Shown here piece by piece: positions 61,356 through 64,000 of a stretch of DNA of 64,000 nucleotides. The stretch is from a virus. The stretch lies in the IMG/VR virus record IMGVR_UViG_3300045988_156369. One strand, written 5' to 3'. Below the pieces are notes generated by a model, which was not told where the DNA came from, searched no databases, and saw only the letters and a list, made by a program, of their open reading frames with translations. The stretch's first letter is position 1; each line of letters opens with the position of its first letter. The translations under genes were made by a program, and so were the position numbers.

Positions 61356-61858
61356 ACCTGAGTGAGCTGGGAGAATACAAACACAAAGTAGCCGCCCTGC
61401 TGGCACAGGACGACACCATTATTAACCTGCTGCTTGGCCCTGTGGACGATGATACCGACACGGACGAGATGCTACTGGGCGATAAGAGCATTAGTACCGG
61501 ACATATTTATGAGTTTGAGTATGTGCCGGAGATCAATGAGACGGCGGACACCTACCTGTGCATGGAGACCGTGGTGGCTAAGGCACCGAGCGATACGGCA
61601 TACAGAGTATACCTGTACATTTTTGCCTATTGCAATAAGAAGGTAATGAAGAGTTACCGACACCCCGGCGTGCTGGGGACGAAGGCCGATGTGTTGGCCA
61701 TGAATGTTGACCGTTTGCTGAACGGCAGCGAAGATTTTGGAATTGGGAAGGTACGGTTACTGAACGATGATATATACAAGCCGAATAATAATTATTATGG
61801 CCGCTGCATTACATACGAAGTGATGGCGTTCAACCGCAAGATGGGTGGCGCAAAGTGA
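61352..61858 (+). CDS. hypothetical structural protein (168 aa)
   Basis: 4-nt overlaps with both neighbours. Confidence 0.62.
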   Translation: MNLSELGEYKHKVAALLAQDDTIINLLLGPVDDDTDTDEMLLGDKSISTGHIYEFEYVPEINETADTYLCMETVVAKAPSDTAYRVYLYIFAYCNKKVMKSYRHPGVLGTKADVLAMNVDRLLNGSEDFGIGKVRLLNDDIYKPNNNYYGRCITYEVMAFNRKMGGAK

Positions 61859-62643
61859 AAGTACCGTACTATGAATTGCAGAACCCCGAAGGTTTTATGG
61901 TGAAAAATGTGGGCAGAGTACACTCGCCACGACTGAGTGACATTAACAAGCGCGGCTATATGAGCTATCAGTTTGCGCTAAGTACCTTGCTGCTGACACC
62001 ACAGGCGATGTTTGAAGACATTGCCAAGGTAACAGGGCAAGAGAACCCGTATGAAGCTTTGAGCGAGGAGGAAAAAGCCACCATAAACACCTTTGATTTA
62101 TTGAGTATGAGCAAAGAAAGCCAGGCGGAGATGATTGCCGCACTGGCCTTTTTTATTGATGCGCCGCTTGAATATGATGAAGCGCACCATGCTGTGCTGG
62201 TGAATAAAACCGAAGTGGACGATAAGATCCTGATTGATGGTTCCATAACGCGAGATAACTGGGCAGAGATTTGCGACATTTGCCTGCAAACCGCGTACAT
62301 AGACCAGAAGCGGGAGGAGAACTTGAAGTTCAAAAATGAGGCTGCCCGCAAGTTTTATGAACGATTCCAAAAGAAAAAGGCTGAATATGAAAAATCGAAA
62401 CGAAAGGGGTATAAGAGTAACCCTGATTTGGAGTTGGGGAACATCATCTCTGCGCTGGCGACAAACCATAACAGCCTGAATTATACGAATATTTATGATT
62501 TGACGGTGTACCAGGTGCATGACACTTTTAACCGTCAGAACATAAAAAAACAAAATGAGATCCATGACATGAACTATGCCGTATGGGGTGGCGAGAACGA
62601 CCTTGGCGGATGGTACAAACACATGGAGATTGATAAACAATAA
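61855..62643 (+). CDS. hypothetical structural protein (262 aa)
   Basis: ORF in the structural operon. Confidence 0.62.
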   Translation: MKVPYYELQNPEGFMVKNVGRVHSPRLSDINKRGYMSYQFALSTLLLTPQAMFEDIAKVTGQENPYEALSEEEKATINTFDLLSMSKESQAEMIAALAFFIDAPLEYDEAHHAVLVNKTEVDDKILIDGSITRDNWAEICDICLQTAYIDQKREENLKFKNEAARKFYERFQKKKAEYEKSKRKGYKSNPDLELGNIISALATNHNSLNYTNIYDLTVYQVHDTFNRQNIKKQNEIHDMNYAVWGGENDLGGWYKHMEIDKQ

Positions 62644-62657
62644 TGGAGGATTAAGAT

Positions 62658-63383
62658 ATGGCTGTAAATCCGAATATGGCGAACCGTGAAGTTGCTGATC
62701 TGGTTCTGCTTGATTACAAGACCAAGAAAGTTTTTCTGCCCATTGATTTTGCCAACGTGACCACCACTGACTTTACCGCAAACCGCGTGTTTGCAAAGGG
62801 CGGCCAGGGCGCACCGAACCGTGTTGGCTTTGATGGCGAGCGTGCAGGCACTCTGAAAGTTGATACCCAGATCATGCCTGTTAAGCTGTTTGCCCTGCTG
62901 AGCGGCCAGGACATTGGCAAGGTTGCAAAGATTATGAAGCGCGAGGTACTGACCGCCACCACTGACGGCATTGAGCTGAGTGAGACCCCGAAGGCCGGCA
63001 CTGTGCAGGTTTTTGCTGTTTCTGATGACGCTGGTACTGAGATCAGCGATCTTACCACCAATGACAAGAAGGTTACTGGTGCCGTCCTGCAGGACGGCAA
63101 GAACTATATTGCCTACTACTTCTACGACAAGAACGATGGTGTTCAGACTGTCAAGTTTGATTCTGACACATTCCCGCGTGCCTTTGAGATCCACGGTATG
63201 ATGCCGTTCAAGACCGAGGACGACGAGATTGTGCAGTGCGAGCTGGTTTACTACAAGGCTCAGCCGCAGGCAAGTTTCAGCCTGGCTTTCCAGAACACTG
63301 GTGATCCGACCACTGTTTCTATTACCTTTGACTGCATGGCCAACCAGGACGGCGACATTTACGACATGAACTTTATGGAGTGA
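62658..63383 (+). CDS. putative major tail/tube protein (positional)
   Basis: 241-aa ORF after the neck-module genes. GGAGG RBS. Confidence 0.5.
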   Translation: MAVNPNMANREVADLVLLDYKTKKVFLPIDFANVTTTDFTANRVFAKGGQGAPNRVGFDGERAGTLKVDTQIMPVKLFALLSGQDIGKVAKIMKREVLTATTDGIELSETPKAGTVQVFAVSDDAGTEISDLTTNDKKVTGAVLQDGKNYIAYYFYDKNDGVQTVKFDSDTFPRAFEIHGMMPFKTEDDEIVQCELVYYKAQPQASFSLAFQNTGDPTTVSITFDCMANQDGDIYDMNFME

Positions 63384-63489
63384 TCAGCGCAAATTCCTAC
63401 CTTATTATATACAGGCTTGAATTGTGATGTTTGATCCGTGGGGGAGCGAAAAGCTCCTCCATTTTTAGAACGCGAAAGGAGTAGCGTGC

Positions 63490-63744
63490 ATGGAAGACAA
63501 GAATACCGGCGGTTTTACCGACGTGAAGATTGAACCTGTTGAAACTGCTGCCCCGCCCAAAGTGACCCTGAAGCGTCAGGTGCGCCCGCTGAAGGGCGTG
63601 GTTGTGTACTGCAGCAAGGAACGCGGCTACATGGGTTTTGAATGTGATGGGCGCGGCTACCAGATGCCGGTGAAAGACGGCTATACTGTTGGCGATACAG
63701 TCAAGTTCAAGATTGCAGACGGGAAGATTGAGCTGTGCAAGTAA
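63490..63744 (+). CDS. hypothetical protein (84 aa)
   Basis: ORF with AAAGGAG RBS. Confidence 0.55.
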   Translation: MEDKNTGGFTDVKIEPVETAAPPKVTLKRQVRPLKGVVVYCSKERGYMGFECDGRGYQMPVKDGYTVGDTVKFKIADGKIELCK

Positions 63745-64000
63745 GCGGACGAAGCAAGTATAATGTGAGCCGTGACAAGAGCAAACGCACCTATGACGGG
63801 ATTGTGTTTGACTCTGAACTTGAGATGAAGTATTACAAGGATGTTGTGCTGCCGGGGGTTTCCAGCGGGGAGATTGTGGACTATCAGCTGCAGAAACCCT
63901 ATGAGTTACAGCCAAAGTACCGCAAGGAACGTGGGGGAAGAATAGAGACGGTGCGAGCTATTAACTATGTGGCTGATTTTTGGTTGAAGTATAAAGATGG
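63735..64000 (+). CDS. DUF1064-like protein (partial, runs off the window)
   Basis: Frame is open from 63732 with a GTG at 63735. ...RTYDGIVFDSELEMKYYKD...GEIVDYQLQKPYELQPKY...RAINYVADF matches the DUF1064 pattern (G.KFDSK.E..Y..L....G.I......F.L.P......I.Y.ADF). Confidence 0.5.
   Translation, partial: MQVSGRSKYNVSRDKSKRTYDGIVFDSELEMKYYKDVVLPGVSSGEIVDYQLQKPYELQPKYRKERGGRIETVRAINYVADFWLKYKD

Overview
The window looks like most of a temperate tailed dsDNA phage or prophage, about 50% GC, with Firmicutes-style GAAAGGAGG ribosome-binding sites.

**Layout**
- **1-34.3 kb:** one long leftward (minus-strand) arm. It holds a tRNA cluster, about 60 tightly packed accessory and early genes, and several unusually long ORF-free gaps.
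- **34.3-36 kb:** a repeat-rich switch or att-like region with a tyrosine integrase.
- **36-64 kb:** a rightward arm. It carries small early genes, iterons with a putative initiator, an RdRP/YonO-like RNA polymerase gene, a metallophosphoesterase, terminase, portal, scaffold, capsid and the first neck/tail genes.

**Most notable observations**
1. A stand-alone retron/Abi-like reverse transcriptase (20573-21763) sits between two copies of a four-member family of 200-340 nt structured RNA elements. Each copy is closed by a different inverted repeat. All share a covarying hairpin with an invariant apical loop. One copy is nested between two tRNAs.
2. Directly upstream of the RT is an E1(ThiF)-like, JAB/JAMM, ubiquitin-like cassette that resembles PRTRC systems.
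3. Directly downstream is an array of 14 small paralogs that all end in a conserved ...SFDDLLxG(G/A)x tail.
4. The RdRP/YonO-like polymerase gene is split by three group I introns inserted in its catalytic motifs. One intron carries a GIY-YIG homing endonuclease.
5. Two OMEGA-type insertions are present: a 3'-truncated IscB with its upstream RNA region, and an intact AT-rich TnpB element between terL and portal.
6. A 16-nt motif occurs four times, each time oriented with the flanking gene where a gene follows (three of four copies).

All functional calls rest on motifs I could read by eye. No database search was run.
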